From Aliivibrio fischeri ES114 (GTDB lineage Bacteria; Pseudomonadota; Gammaproteobacteria; Enterobacterales; Vibrionaceae), in NCBI RefSeq assembly GCF_000011805.1, contig NC_006840.2: DNA of 32,000 nt; one strand, given 5' to 3'. Both the position numbers and the translations under genes were made by a program. Shown one piece after another: positions 8,546 to 18,940 of the stretch (the stretch's first letter is position 1; each line of letters starts with the position of its first letter). The notes below the pieces were generated by a model. It saw nothing but the letters and a program-made list of their open reading frames with translations, made no database searches and was not told where the DNA came from.

Positions 8546-9148
8546 ATGATGAAGAAAATGATGGCACTGTTTGGTGCTTTAGTACTGAGTTTTTCAGTAA
8601 ATGCAGCAAACTTTACAGAAGGCGATTACTACAAAGTTCTTGACCTACCAGAATCAAAAACACCGACAGTGAATGAATTTTTCTCTTTTTACTGCCCACA
8701 TTGTAATAGCTTTGAACCGCTTATTCAGGGTCTAAAGAAAACACTACCAGATGATGCAACGTTTAAGAAAACTCACGTTTCATTCATGGGTGGACCAATG
8801 GGCTTATCAATGAGTAAAGCCTATGCAACAATGGTTTCTCTAGGTATCGAAGATAAAATGATTCCTGTTTTCTTCAACCGTATCCATACAATGAACAAAC
8901 CACCACGTAATGAAAAAGAAATTCGTCAGATCTTCCTAGATGAAGGCGTTAACGCTGATGAGTTCGACGGTACATACAATAGCTTTGCTATTAACTCTAT
9001 GGTTAACCGTTTTGATAAATCATTCCAAGACAGTGGCTTAACGGGTGTTCCTGCATTAATCGTTAACAACAAATACCTTGTTGAAACGGGTAAAATCAAA
9101 AGTGCTGATGAGTACTACGAGTTAGTAAACTGGTTACTTAAAAAGTAA
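8546..9148 (+). CDS. dsbA: Periplasmic thiol:disulfide oxidoreductase DsbA
   Basis: Signal peptide [20 protein letters not shown], then the CPHC active site (FYCPHCNSF). GGAGAG RBS at 8533-8538 favours ATG 8546 over the track start at 8525. The srkA-dsbA order matches E. coli. Confidence 0.92.
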   Translation: MMKKMMALFGALVLSFSVNAANFTEGDYYKVLDLPESKTPTVNEFFSFYCPHCNSFEPLIQGLKKTLPDDATFKKTHVSFMGGPMGLSMSKAYATMVSLGIEDKMIPVFFNRIHTMNKPPRNEKEIRQIFLDEGVNADEFDGTYNSFAINSMVNRFDKSFQDSGLTGVPALIVNNKYLVETGKIKSADEYYELVNWLLKK

Positions 9149-9162
9149 TAAAATAAGCAAAT

Positions 9163-9195
9163 AAAAAGGGAGCGAATTATCGCTCCCTTTTTTTA
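9163..9195. terminator. Bidirectional terminator between convergent dsbA and yihG-like gene
   Basis: gggagcga (9168-9175) / tcgctccc (9180-9187) with loop atta, flanked by A5 upstream and T7 downstream. The T-run overlaps the stop codon of the - strand gene. Confidence 0.85.
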
Positions 9196-10068
9196 TTCTT
9201 TGGCTTTTAAAACACCTTGAAGGTATTCATCTTTTTCTTTCCATAAGTCGTTTACCCACTTATGAAAGCCACGTTTAAAGGTTTTATCTCCAAAGTAATC
9301 ACCATTCACTTTTTCATCATTTGGATGCAAGTTAATACGAACAACAACTTTGGTTAATTTCCCTTGTAGCATATCGATAAATGGTGATTCTTGGTTATCA
9401 GGATACGCCAGTGTGACATCAACAATCCCATCAAATAATTCACCCATAGCTGAAAGAGTAAAAGCGATACCACCAACTTTTGGCTTAAACAAATGTTGGT
9501 AAGGTGTTCTTGCTTCTTTTAGCTTTTCAGGCGTCGCTCGTGTTCCCTCAACAAAATTAACCACCGTTGTAGGAACAGCTCGAAAGTTTTCACAAGACTT
9601 TTGAATCGCTTTAAAATCATCTTCACGACGTTCAGGATCTCGGCGCATAAATGGCATATCCGCCCCCCAACACGCAAGTCCTACAAAAGGAACGTAAAGT
9701 AATTCATGCTTCAAAAAGAACTTAGTCATAGGTATTTTATCTTTCATTACCGAAGACAAAATAACAATATCAGCCCAACTCACATGGTTTGATAGCAAAA
9801 GATACCAATTATCTTGAGATAAGCTTTCACCACCTTCAATCTCCCACTCAATATTATTATTAATATTAAGCATCCACAGATTTAATGTAGCCCATCCCCA
9901 TAATGTTTTATTCGCCATCGATACCGTAATTTTTTTTACGATAGCAAAAGGAAGAAGTAATTTAATTATTGCAAAGAAGCTGATAATTAAAGATGTTAAT
10001 GCTGTATTTAGCATTACAAGTAATACACTGATAACCAGCCTAATATTAGCAATCATAGAACTCTTCAT
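9193..10068 (-). CDS. yihG: Lysophospholipid acyltransferase, PlsC family (YihG-like)
   Basis: 291 aa. HX4D motif NHVSWADIV and FVEGTR motif are present. The C-terminal GDYFGDKTFKRGFHKWVNDLWKEKD resembles E. coli YihG. Location next to dsbA matches E. coli. Confidence 0.8.
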   Translation of the reverse strand: MKSSMIANIRLVISVLLVMLNTALTSLIISFFAIIKLLLPFAIVKKITVSMANKTLWGWATLNLWMLNINNNIEWEIEGGESLSQDNWYLLLSNHVSWADIVILSSVMKDKIPMTKFFLKHELLYVPFVGLACWGADMPFMRRDPERREDDFKAIQKSCENFRAVPTTVVNFVEGTRATPEKLKEARTPYQHLFKPKVGGIAFTLSAMGELFDGIVDVTLAYPDNQESPFIDMLQGKLTKVVVRINLHPNDEKVNGDYFGDKTFKRGFHKWVNDLWKEKDEYLQGVLKAKE

Positions 10069-10155
10069 TTATAGATTAGAGTGAATATTATCCACATGAT
10101 AGCAAGTCAGGTCTTTTTTTTGTGAACAATCTTTCATTGCATCTCAATAAAAGGA

Positions 10156-11682
10156 TCAGACTGCTTGAGCAGATAATTGTTTTAGCAACCGATCCATAGC
10201 TCGATAACCTACTGCCTCAGCTAAGTGGATTCGTTGAATATTTTCTTCAGCTGATAAATCAGCGATGGTGCGTGCCACTTTGATAATTCGATGATAAGCC
10301 CGAATGGATAACCCTAGCTGGTGTAGCGTATTTTCTAAAAATGCAGCATCTTCCTTGTCTAGTGGACAATGCTTTTCAATTTCTCGACTTCCTAATAATG
10401 CATTCACTTTACCATTACGCTCTAACATGCGAGCGCGAGCCTGTAAAACTCGATGTTTTACTGCTTGCGTACTTTCACCTCTATCTCCACCTTCTGTGAG
10501 CGTCCCTTTAGGTAATAGCGGTATTTCTAATGACATATCAAAGCGATCTAACAAAGGTCCAGATATTCGATTAAGGTAACGTAAAATCAACTGTGGATTG
10601 GTTCGCGTTTGGTTCCCCTCATAATAACCTGTAGGGCTAGGATTTAATGCTCCGACCAATTGAAAACGTGCAGGAAAACGTGTTTTACTCGCGGCGCGTG
10701 AGATGACTATCTCACCAGATTCTAGTGGTTCCCGCAGTGAATCAAGCACTTTTCTTTCAAACTCCGGCATCTCATCTAAAAATAAAATACCATTGTGAGC
10801 TAATGATATTTCCCCCGGTCGAGGGATAGAGCCACCACCCACCAATGCTGCCATAGAGCTAGAATGATGAGGTGAACGAAAAGGACGGGCTCGCCAATTA
10901 GACTCTGTAATATTTTGATGAGTCAACGAGGCTACCGCTGCCGTTTCTAACGCTTCATCATTGGTCATTTCTGGCAATAAATCACTCATACGGGAAGCGA
11001 GCATGGTTTTACCTGTACCTGGAGGGCCTAAGTACAATAAATTATGTCCTCCAGCAGCTGCTATCTCTAACGCTCGCTTACCTTGCTGTTGACCAATAAT
11101 ATCTTGTAAATCACGCTCTAAAGATAAGGATTGCTCTTCGAGCTGAGGAGTAGTTAATAAACTGAGTTGCTGTTGCCCACACAAAAAACCACACACAGCT
11201 AGTAGGTGAGGCGCAGATTTATGAATATCCTTTCCAACCAACGCAGCCTGATCACCATTATCATCAGGAACAATTAAGCAGCGTTTAGCATTAAGTGAAG
11301 CTAAAGCGGCAGGTAAAACACCTTTTACTCGACGTAACTCACCAGAAAGAGCCAACTCACCAACAAATTCATGACCATCCAATTTATTTTCAGGTATTTG
11401 ATCTGATGCTGCTAGGATCCCAAGAGCAATAGGAAGATCAAATCTTCCACCTTCTTTTGGAAGATCCGCAGGAGCTAAATTAACGGTGATCTTTTTAGAT
11501 GGAAACTCAAAGTTGGCATTAATGATTGCACTTCTTACTCTGTCTTTTGCTTCTTTTACTGTTGTTTCTGGTAAGCCAACCAGACTAAATCCTGGCATCC
11601 CATTACTAATATGAACTTCAACCGTCACCGGTGGTGCTTCTACACCTACACAAGCTCGACTGTGTATTATTGCTAATCCCAT
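10156..11682 (-). CDS. comM: Mg-chelatase-like AAA+ ATPase ComM/YifB
   Basis: 508 aa. Lon-protease-like N-domain, Walker A GPPGTGKTMLA, Walker B ILFLDE. It is divergent from the ilv leader, exactly as yifB-ilvL is in E. coli. The gene is intact, with no island insertion. Confidence 0.93.
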   Translation of the reverse strand: MGLAIIHSRACVGVEAPPVTVEVHISNGMPGFSLVGLPETTVKEAKDRVRSAIINANFEFPSKKITVNLAPADLPKEGGRFDLPIALGILAASDQIPENKLDGHEFVGELALSGELRRVKGVLPAALASLNAKRCLIVPDDNGDQAALVGKDIHKSAPHLLAVCGFLCGQQQLSLLTTPQLEEQSLSLERDLQDIIGQQQGKRALEIAAAGGHNLLYLGPPGTGKTMLASRMSDLLPEMTNDEALETAAVASLTHQNITESNWRARPFRSPHHSSSMAALVGGGSIPRPGEISLAHNGILFLDEMPEFERKVLDSLREPLESGEIVISRAASKTRFPARFQLVGALNPSPTGYYEGNQTRTNPQLILRYLNRISGPLLDRFDMSLEIPLLPKGTLTEGGDRGESTQAVKHRVLQARARMLERNGKVNALLGSREIEKHCPLDKEDAAFLENTLHQLGLSIRAYHRIIKVARTIADLSAEENIQRIHLAEAVGYRAMDRLLKQLSAQAV

Positions 11683-11870
11683 TTATATACCCAACTTATT
11701 TGATTAAAGACCAATCTGTATTGATTTTATGTTTTTGTTATATATAAGCGCTAAATGAACGAGAATTGTGAATTAAATGATAGTTTTTTCTTGTCATGAG
11801 AGCCATGTCTGTGTTACCACTAAGTTAATGTAACGAAATATCAAAAAGAAAACGTTTACGGATAGATAAA

Positions 11871-11960
11871 ATGACCTTTTTTGCTCAACTGAATATTCTG
11901 ATTATTAACATTCTAGTGGTGATTCTGGTCACCGCTCGGGGATGTGTGAGCAAAAAGTAG
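11871..11960 (+). CDS. ilvL: ilvGMEDA operon leader peptide (ILV-rich)
   Basis: ATG 11871 to TAG 11958-11960 encodes MTFFAQLNILIINILVVILVTARGCVSKK. Residues 7-20 are 12/14 Ile/Leu/Val. The ORF ends 16 nt before the stem of a GC-rich terminator that precedes ilvG. Confidence 0.8.
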   Translation: MTFFAQLNILIINILVVILVTARGCVSKK

Positions 11961-11975
11961 AGTTACAAGCACACT

Positions 11976-12012
11976 AAAAACCCCCAAGCCAACAAGCAAG
12001 GGGGTTTTTTTA
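11976..12012 (+). terminator. ilv attenuator (leader terminator)
   Basis: aaaaaccccc (11976-11985) / gggggttttt (12000-12009) followed by further T. Upstream GGGG (11938-11941) and TGTGTG (11943-11948) are complementary to CCCC (11981-11985) and CACAC (11970-11974), which could form a competing antiterminator. Confidence 0.75.
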
Positions 12013-12089
12013 TAAGTTCAGGAAGAGAAATGGGGGCACATGATGTGCGAGAGAAAACAGACAACCACTCACGCAGGGAGCGAAAGAGT

Positions 12090-13736
12090 ATGAATGGCTC
12101 ACAGTTAGTAGTAAAAGCCTTAAGAGACGAAGGAATTGAAACCGTCTTTGGTTATCCTGGTGGGGCTATCATGCCTATTTATGATGCATTATATGATGGT
12201 GGCGTTGAGCACATATTATGTCGTCATGAACAAGGTGCAGCAATGGCTGCAATAGGAATGGCAAGAGCAAGCAAAGATGTTGCTGTATGCCTTGCAACAT
12301 CAGGTCCAGGAGCAACAAACCTAATTACGGGTCTTGCTGATGCCATGTTAGATTCCATTCCTCTTGTTGCTATCACAGGTCAAGTGGCGAGTAATTTAAT
12401 CGGTACTGATGCTTTCCAAGAAATGGATGTCATCGGTATGTCTCTCTCATGTACTAAACACAGTTATTTGGTTACTGATATCAATGAACTTGCACCTGTG
12501 ATTGCTGAAGCATTTGAGGTAGCAAAATCAGGACGTCCCGGCCCTGTATTAATTGATATAGCCAAAGACGTACAACTCGCTGAAGCTCCTGTTACTTCTC
12601 TTCCATATTTTGAAGCACCTAGTATCCCTGTTGTTGTTCCTGAAGCTATTGAAGCGGCTGAGGCATTACTAAGAGCCAGCAACAAACCGGTATTGTATGT
12701 GGGTGGCGGTGTTCAACTGGCACACGCAACCGACTCTGTTCGTGATTTTTTAACCAATAATCCGATGCCTTCAGTAAGTACATTAAAAGGTTTAGGTTCA
12801 ATAGGAAGACACGATCCCCATTATCTTGGAATGGTAGGTATGCACGGCACTAAAGCTGCCAACCTAATTGTTCAAGAATCTGATTTACTTATTGTTGTTG
12901 GTGCTCGTTTTGATGATCGTGTGACAGGAAAATTAGAAAGCTTTGCTCCTCATGCGAAAGTAATCCATATCGATATTGATGCAGCAGAATTCAATAAGCT
13001 TCGCCACGCTCATTCAACACTACGCGGTGACATAAAGGTTATCCTTCCTCAATTGAAACTAGAGCAGGACCTTACCCCTTGGTTAGAACATGTTTCTTCT
13101 CTTCGCTCTGAATTTAAATGGCGCTACGATCACCCGGGTGAATTAATTTATGCCCCTCTGCTACTAAAGCAACTTTCTGACATGATGCCAGACAGCGCTA
13201 TCGTATCGACAGATGTAGGCCAACATCAAATGTGGGCAGCTCAACATATCCAACCTCGAGCTCCTGAAAATTACCTCACTTCCGCAGGTCTTGGCACCAT
13301 GGGGTTCGGTTTACCCGCTGCAATGGGAGCAAAAGTGGCTCGTCCTGATGATCAATCTATTCTGATTTCAGGTGATGGTTCTTTCATGATGAATGTACAA
13401 GAACTCGGTACGATTAAGCGTAAACAAATCCCTGTGAAGATGGTTCTTATTAACAACCAACGTTTAGGCATGGTTCGCCAATGGCAATCTTTGTTTTTTG
13501 ATGGCCGCCACAGTGAAACCATTCTTGATGATAATCCTGATTTTGTTGCTCTTGCTGCCGCCTTTGGTATTCCTGGAAAAACCATCACAATAAAAGAAGA
13601 AGTAGAACCCGCTTTAAAAGAAATGCTTGAAAGCGACACGGCTTATCTGCTGCATGTTCTTATTTCAGAAGAAGAAAACGTATGGCCTTTGGTTCCGCCA
13701 GGCGCTGCAAACCAAGATATGGTGGAGGGAGAATAA
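12090..13736 (+). CDS. ilvG: Acetolactate synthase II large subunit
   Basis: [25 protein letters not shown] begins at ATG 12090, preceded by an AGGGAG RBS. This gives 548 aa, the length I recall for E. coli IlvG. ThDP motif GDGSFMMN. The track start at 12030 adds 20 non-homologous residues. Confidence 0.94.
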   Translation: MNGSQLVVKALRDEGIETVFGYPGGAIMPIYDALYDGGVEHILCRHEQGAAMAAIGMARASKDVAVCLATSGPGATNLITGLADAMLDSIPLVAITGQVASNLIGTDAFQEMDVIGMSLSCTKHSYLVTDINELAPVIAEAFEVAKSGRPGPVLIDIAKDVQLAEAPVTSLPYFEAPSIPVVVPEAIEAAEALLRASNKPVLYVGGGVQLAHATDSVRDFLTNNPMPSVSTLKGLGSIGRHDPHYLGMVGMHGTKAANLIVQESDLLIVVGARFDDRVTGKLESFAPHAKVIHIDIDAAEFNKLRHAHSTLRGDIKVILPQLKLEQDLTPWLEHVSSLRSEFKWRYDHPGELIYAPLLLKQLSDMMPDSAIVSTDVGQHQMWAAQHIQPRAPENYLTSAGLGTMGFGLPAAMGAKVARPDDQSILISGDGSFMMNVQELGTIKRKQIPVKMVLINNQRLGMVRQWQSLFFDGRHSETILDDNPDFVALAAAFGIPGKTITIKEEVEPALKEMLESDTAYLLHVLISEEENVWPLVPPGAANQDMVEGE

Positions 13737-13981
13737 TGCAACGTTATATTTTAGAAATTGAAGCTAACGATAGACCGGTTTTATTAGAACGTGTATTACG
13801 CGTTATTCGTCACCGTGGTTTTATCATCAAGCAAGTATTAGCAACACAAAATCAAGCCAGCAAAGTAGCTGCAATTGAAATCATCGTAGAAAGTGACCGA
13901 CCAATTAGCCTTCTTACTAATCAAATAGAAAAGCTTTGGGATATTACCGCCGTTAACGTTTCTACATTACATCGCGCATAA
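13736..13981 (+). CDS. ilvM: Acetolactate synthase II small (regulatory) subunit
   Basis: The TAATG overlap with the ilvG stop gives [29 protein letters not shown], 81 aa. The LERVLRV.RHRGF core matches E. coli IlvM. The track start at 13682 lies inside ilvG. Confidence 0.88.
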   Translation: MQRYILEIEANDRPVLLERVLRVIRHRGFIIKQVLATQNQASKVAAIEIIVESDRPISLLTNQIEKLWDITAVNVSTLHRA

Positions 13982-13993
13982 GGATTAGTGACA

Positions 13994-14941
13994 ATGTCAA
14001 AGACAGCAGATTTTATTTGGTTTAATGGTGAGATGGTTCCTTGGGCAGACGCAAATGTGCACGTTCTGACTCACGCAATGCATTATGGAACATCCGTTTT
14101 TGAAGGGGTGCGTTGTTATAACACGCCAAATGGTCCAATTATTTTCCGCCACCCAGAGCACGCAAAACGTTTAAAAAATTCCGCTAAAATTTATCGCTTC
14201 CCAATTCCATATACTGAAGAAGAAATTATGGAAGCAACACGTGAAACCTTACGTCAAAACAAACTCGATTCTGCTTATATTCGTCCTTTGGGCTTTGTAG
14301 GAAATGTTGGTTTAGGTGTTTGCCCACCAGAAGATACGGAAATGGAACTCATTATTGCTGCATTCCCATGGGGATCTTACCTAGGAGAAGAAGCATTAGA
14401 AAATGGGGTTGATGCCATGATTTCAAGTTGGAACCGTGCTGCACCAAATACCATTCCAACCGCAGCAAAAGCAGGTGGTAACTATTTATCTTCTTTATTG
14501 GTTGGTGGTGAAGCCCGTCGTCATGGTTACGATGAAGGTATTGCTTTAAGTGTTGATGGCTATCTTTCTGAAGGAGCTGGTGAAAACCTATTTGTTGTTC
14601 GTGATGGTATTCTTTCTACGCCACCTGCAACCAGTGCCATCTTACCGGGAATAACTCGAGATTCTATCATGACGCTTGCAAAAGATATGGGGTATGAAAT
14701 TCGTGAAGAAAACATCGCACGCGAAGCGCTATATCTTGCAGACGAAGTATTTATGACAGGCACAGCGGCTGAAATCGTTCCAGTACGCTCTGTTGACAAG
14801 ATTACCGTTGGTGAAGGTAAACGTGGTCCTATCACAAAAGAGATCCAAGCCGCTTACTTTGGTCTGTTCAATGGAACAACCGAAGATAAATGGGGTTGGT
14901 TAGATTACGTATACCCAGAAAATGCACCATCAGCTAAATAA
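13994..14941 (+). CDS. ilvE: Branched-chain amino acid aminotransferase
   Basis: [24 protein letters not shown]...[12 protein letters not shown] is collinear with E. coli IlvE. ATG 13994 has AAGGA about 9 nt upstream. The track start, GTG 13988, is less likely. Confidence 0.93.
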   Translation: MSKTADFIWFNGEMVPWADANVHVLTHAMHYGTSVFEGVRCYNTPNGPIIFRHPEHAKRLKNSAKIYRFPIPYTEEEIMEATRETLRQNKLDSAYIRPLGFVGNVGLGVCPPEDTEMELIIAAFPWGSYLGEEALENGVDAMISSWNRAAPNTIPTAAKAGGNYLSSLLVGGEARRHGYDEGIALSVDGYLSEGAGENLFVVRDGILSTPPATSAILPGITRDSIMTLAKDMGYEIREENIAREALYLADEVFMTGTAAEIVPVRSVDKITVGEGKRGPITKEIQAAYFGLFNGTTEDKWGWLDYVYPENAPSAK

Positions 14942-14958
14942 TTTATAAGGATATAAGA

Positions 14959-16800
14959 ATGCCAACTTATCGTTCAGCCACCACCACTCACGGACGTAAC
15001 ATGGCCGGAGCACGCGCTTTATGGCGTGCAACTGGCGTTAAAGAAGATGACTTTGGTAAACCCATCATTGCTGTTGTTAACTCATTTACTCAATTTGTTC
15101 CGGGTCACGTACATCTTAAAGACATGGGACAACTTGTTGCTGGCGAAATAGAAAAAGCCGGCGGTATCGCCAAAGAGTTTAATACTATCGCCGTTGATGA
15201 TGGTATCGCTATGGGTCACGGTGGCATGCTTTATTCTCTGCCATCACGCGAACTCATTGCAGACTCTGTTGAATACATGGTTAATGCTCACTGTGCTGAT
15301 GCTATGGTATGTATTTCTAACTGCGACAAAATTACCCCAGGAATGATGATGGCTGCAATGCGTCTTAACATTCCAGTAATTTTTGTGTCAGGCGGCCCAA
15401 TGGAAGCAGGAAAAACTAAGCTTTCAGATCAAATAATCAAACTGGATCTTGTTGATGCAATGATCCAAGGTGCCGATCCTACGGTTTCCGATGCTCAAAG
15501 TGAGCAGATCGAGCGTTCAGCTTGTCCAACTTGTGGATCGTGTTCAGGAATGTTCACGGCTAACTCAATGAACTGTTTAACCGAAGCGCTCGGTTTATCT
15601 CAACCAGGTAATGGCTCAATGCTCGCTACTCACGCCGACCGCGAGCAGCTGTTTATTAATGCAGGTAAACGTATTGTTGAATTAACAAAGCGTTATTATG
15701 AGCAAGATGATGAATCAGCACTTCCAAGAAATATTGCCGACCGTGCTGCATTTGAAAATGCCATGGCACTTGATATCGCAATGGGTGGTTCTAGTAATAC
15801 CGTTCTTCACCTTTTAGCTTCTGCTCAAGAAGGCGAAATTGATTTCGATATGGGTGACATTGATGAGATGTCTCGTCGAGTACCTCACTTGTGTAAAGTC
15901 GCTCCATCAACGCCTAAATATCATATGGAAGATGTTCACCGAGCAGGTGGTGTAATGGCTATCCTTGGTGAGTTAGATAGAGCTGGGCTTCTGAATAATC
16001 AAACAAAAACGGTTCTTGGCTTAACCATGCAAGAGCAACTTGCACAATACGATATTATGCAAACTGAAGACGAAGAGATCCTTAAATTCTTCCGTGCAGG
16101 ACCTGCAGGGATCCGAACAACAAAAGCATTCTCGCAAGATTGCCGTTGGGATCGCCTTGATGACGACCGAAAAGAAGGGTGTATTCGAACCAAAGAAAAT
16201 GCCTTTAGCCAAGAAGGTGGTCTCGCCGTTCTATCTGGCAATATAGCGGTTGATGGTTGTATTGTAAAAACCGCCGGCGTTGATGAAGAAAATCTAAAGT
16301 TCCAAGGTCCAGCCATTGTTTTTGAAAGCCAAGACTCAGCGGTAGAAGGCATTTTAGGTGGAAAAGTTAAAGCGGGTGAAGTCGTTGTTATTCGCTACGA
16401 AGGTCCAAAGGGTGGTCCAGGTATGCAAGAAATGCTTTACCCAACCACTTACTTGAAATCAATGGGCTTAGGCAAAGCATGTGCGCTTCTAACTGATGGT
16501 CGATTCTCTGGTGGTACATCAGGCCTATCTATAGGTCACGCATCTCCAGAAGCTGCAAGTGGTGGCACAATAGGTTTAGTTAACGATGGTGATATCATTA
16601 CCATCGATATCCCAAGCCGCTCAATTACGCTTGATGTACCAGAATCAGAACTGCAAGCTCGTCGAGCGAAACAAGATGAACTCGGTTGGAAACCTGTGAA
16701 TCGTCAACGTGAAGTCTCTTTTGCATTAAAAGCCTATGCAAGTATGGCAACAAGTGCAGATAAAGGTGCTGTTCGTGATAAATCTAAGTTAGAAGGGTAA
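14959..16800 (+). CDS. ilvD: Dihydroxy-acid dehydratase
   Basis: 613 aa. [26 protein letters not shown] and [13 protein letters not shown] are signatures of IlvD. Confidence 0.96.
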   Translation: MPTYRSATTTHGRNMAGARALWRATGVKEDDFGKPIIAVVNSFTQFVPGHVHLKDMGQLVAGEIEKAGGIAKEFNTIAVDDGIAMGHGGMLYSLPSRELIADSVEYMVNAHCADAMVCISNCDKITPGMMMAAMRLNIPVIFVSGGPMEAGKTKLSDQIIKLDLVDAMIQGADPTVSDAQSEQIERSACPTCGSCSGMFTANSMNCLTEALGLSQPGNGSMLATHADREQLFINAGKRIVELTKRYYEQDDESALPRNIADRAAFENAMALDIAMGGSSNTVLHLLASAQEGEIDFDMGDIDEMSRRVPHLCKVAPSTPKYHMEDVHRAGGVMAILGELDRAGLLNNQTKTVLGLTMQEQLAQYDIMQTEDEEILKFFRAGPAGIRTTKAFSQDCRWDRLDDDRKEGCIRTKENAFSQEGGLAVLSGNIAVDGCIVKTAGVDEENLKFQGPAIVFESQDSAVEGILGGKVKAGEVVVIRYEGPKGGPGMQEMLYPTTYLKSMGLGKACALLTDGRFSGGTSGLSIGHASPEAASGGTIGLVNDGDIITIDIPSRSITLDVPESELQARRAKQDELGWKPVNRQREVSFALKAYASMATSADKGAVRDKSKLEG

Positions 16801-16804
16801 GCCT

Positions 16805-18337
16805 ATGAGCAACTCTTCATATCAAACTGGCGCAGAATATCTGCGTCAGATCTTACGAGCACCAATCTATGAAGTGGCAACAGTAACACCACTTCAAGAT
16901 ATGCCTCGTTTATCTGAGCGCATTAACAACCGAGTTCAGTTAAAGCGAGAAGACCGTCAACCGGTTCACTCCTTTAAACTTCGTGGTGCTTACAATATGG
17001 TTGCAAATCTAACCCAAGAGCAAAAAAATGCTGGGGTTATTGCTGCATCTGCTGGTAATCACGCTCAAGGTATGGCGCTTTCAGGAACCAAGCTGGGCAT
17101 TCAAACGACAATAGTGATGCCCAAAACGACACCGGATATCAAAGTTGAAGCCGTAAAAGGTTTTGGTGGAAATGTGGTTCTACATGGCAGTAATTTCGAT
17201 GAAGCCAAAGCAGAAGCAGAACGTTTATCACAACTCCACGGTTATACTTTTGTACCTCCGTTTGATCACCCACTGGTGATTGCAGGTCAAGGAACAATAG
17301 GAATGGAGATGCTGCAACAAAATGGTCATCTCGATTATATCTTTGTACCTGTTGGTGGTGGTGGTTTAGCTGCTGGTATTGCAGTGCTAATAAAACAACT
17401 CATGCCTGAAATAAAAGTTATCGCTGTTGAGCCTGAAGACTCTTCTTGTTTAAAAGCGGCTTTAGATGCTGGTGAGCCTGTCATTCTTGATCAAGTGAGT
17501 ATGTTTGCCGATGGTGTCGCTGTTAAACGCATTGGTGATGAAACTTTCCGTCTATGTCAAAAATACCTTGATGGCCATATCAGCGTATCAAGTGATGAAA
17601 TTTGTGCAGCGGTAAAAGATATTTTTGAAGATACAAGAGCGATTGCAGAACCCTCTGGTGCATTGGCATTAGCTGGTCTGAAAAAATTTGCAGATCAACA
17701 TCAATTAGAAAACAAACAACTAGGAACCGTACTTTCTGGTGCAAATACTAACTTCCATGGTTTACGTTATGTATCTGAGCGCTGTGAGTTAGGTGAAAAA
17801 CGAGAAGGGCTATTGGCTGTAACGATTCCGGAACGTCAGGGCGCTTTCTTTGAATTTTGTAATCTAATTGGTGGCAGAGCTGTTACTGAATTTAACTACC
17901 GCTATAACGACGATAAGCTAGCTAACATTTTTGTTGGTGTTCGCTTACAAGAAGGGCAAGAAGAGCTTGATAACATCATTAATGATCTACAAAAGGGAGA
18001 ATACCCGGTTGTTGATTTATCTGATGATGAAATGGCTAAGCTGCATATACGTTATATGATTGGTGGTAAACCATCAAAAACAATTCAAGAACGTTTATAC
18101 AGTTTTGAATTTCCAGAATACCCTGGAGCGCTCGTTCGCTTCTTAAGTACTCTAGGTACTCACTGGAATATCAGTCTCTTCAATTATCGTAACCACGGTG
18201 CAGATTATGGACGTGTGTTATGTGGTTTTGAGCTAACTGATTCTGATCTTGCTAGTTTTTCAAAACACCTTGAAGAGCTTGGTTATCAATGGAAAGATGA
18301 GACAGATAATCTAGCTTATCGATTCTTTTTATCCTAA
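16805..18337 (+). CDS. ilvA: Biosynthetic threonine deaminase/dehydratase
   Basis: 510 aa. PLP-lysine motif HSFKLRGA, glycine loop VGGGGL, and two C-terminal ACT-like regulatory repeats. Confidence 0.95.
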   Translation: MSNSSYQTGAEYLRQILRAPIYEVATVTPLQDMPRLSERINNRVQLKREDRQPVHSFKLRGAYNMVANLTQEQKNAGVIAASAGNHAQGMALSGTKLGIQTTIVMPKTTPDIKVEAVKGFGGNVVLHGSNFDEAKAEAERLSQLHGYTFVPPFDHPLVIAGQGTIGMEMLQQNGHLDYIFVPVGGGGLAAGIAVLIKQLMPEIKVIAVEPEDSSCLKAALDAGEPVILDQVSMFADGVAVKRIGDETFRLCQKYLDGHISVSSDEICAAVKDIFEDTRAIAEPSGALALAGLKKFADQHQLENKQLGTVLSGANTNFHGLRYVSERCELGEKREGLLAVTIPERQGAFFEFCNLIGGRAVTEFNYRYNDDKLANIFVGVRLQEGQEELDNIINDLQKGEYPVVDLSDDEMAKLHIRYMIGGKPSKTIQERLYSFEFPEYPGALVRFLSTLGTHWNISLFNYRNHGADYGRVLCGFELTDSDLASFSKHLEELGYQWKDETDNLAYRFFLS

Positions 18338-18350
18338 GACCGTACGGCGT

Positions 18351-18385
18351 AATAAGGCTAATTAAAATTTAGCCTTATTTTCATT
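18351..18385 (+). terminator. ilv operon terminator
   Basis: aataaggcta (18351-18360) / tagccttatt (18370-18379), a 10-bp AT-rich stem with a 9-nt loop, followed by ttcattc. Confidence 0.55.
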
Positions 18386-18613
18386 CAAATTTGAAATTAT
18401 GCTATACAATCGGTTAAAAAATGCTATTATTTTGCTCGGCCTGTAAACAGACCTATTTATCTGTAATATTATGCTTTTGAAACCTTCGTTATACTGCTTT
18501 ACCAGTTATGCTTGAAGCTTTTTATACATATGTTTTACCTCAAATAAATAATTCTTTATGGCTACAACTTCGCATTATGCGAATTATTTAATTTAAAAAA
18601 ATTAGGATTTATT

Positions 18614-18823
18614 ATGTCTAAATCAACTGGTATCGTTAAGTGGTTCAACGAAGAGAAAGGTTTCGGTTTCATTACTCAAGATAACGGCGGCGCTGACGTA
18701 TTCGTTCACTTCCGTGCTATCGCAACTGAAGGTTTCAAAACTCTGAAAGAAGGCCAAGCGGTAACTTTCACTGTTGAACAAGGTCAAAAAGGCCCACAAG
18801 CTGCAGACGTTACTCCAGCTTAA
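18614..18823 (+). CDS. CspA-family cold-shock protein
   Basis: 69 aa. RNP1 KGFGFI and RNP2 VFVHF motifs. AGGA RBS. Preceded by about 230 bp of AT-rich non-coding sequence, consistent with a long csp 5' leader. Paralog identity cannot be assigned. Confidence 0.93.
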   Translation: MSKSTGIVKWFNEEKGFGFITQDNGGADVFVHFRAIATEGFKTLKEGQAVTFTVEQGQKGPQAADVTPA

Positions 18824-18848
18824 TTCGAATTTTTCGAATAGAATTTTT

Positions 18849-18880
18849 AAAAATGCTGACTTCGGTCAGCATTTTTTTTA
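18849..18880 (+). terminator. csp terminator
   Basis: aaaaatgctgac (18849-18860) / gtcagcattttt (18865-18876) with ttcg tetraloop, followed by a T-run. Confidence 0.85.
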
Positions 18881-18912
18881 TCTCGATTTTGTCTATAGAC
18901 TAGACAGATATA

Positions 18913-18940
18913 AAAAAAGAAGCCTAATGGCTTCTTTTTT
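18913..18940 (-). terminator. glmU terminator (symmetric, usable in both directions)
   Basis: aaaaaagaagcc (18913-18924) / ggcttctttttt (18929-18940) with loop taat. It lies 24 nt downstream of the glmU stop on the - strand. Confidence 0.8.

Noticed and set aside
10088-10096. Perfect consensus DnaA box TTATCCACA in the comM/yihG-like intergenic region, about 22 kb from the expected oriC
   Set aside because: It is a single isolated 9-mer. With A/T~0.3 and G/C~0.2, I estimate about 0.4 chance occurrences on both strands of 32 kb. There is no cluster of boxes, AT-rich unwinding element or GATC array nearby, so there is no basis for calling a datA/DARS-like or origin element.
12030-12089. Upstream extensions of track ORFs: ilvG from 12030, ilvM from 13682, ilvE GTG 13988, srkA TTG 7510, dsbA 8525, parB 28596
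   Set aside because: The extensions lack homology to the known N-termini, lie inside the preceding gene or the attenuator region, and downstream ATGs have better RBS spacing.
10304-16352. Antisense or alternative-frame ORFs within comM and the ilv genes (10304-10579, 12464-12685, 13352-13639, 14560-14835, 15999-16352, 16021-16212, 16040-16246)
   Set aside because: They overlap strongly supported genes and have no RBS or recognisable homology.
18885-18905. Small palindromes gtctatagac / tgtcta-tagac-tagaca between the csp and glmU terminators
   Set aside because: They are 6-10 bp AT-rich palindromes, expected by chance in AT-rich spacer DNA. They are not repeated elsewhere in the window.
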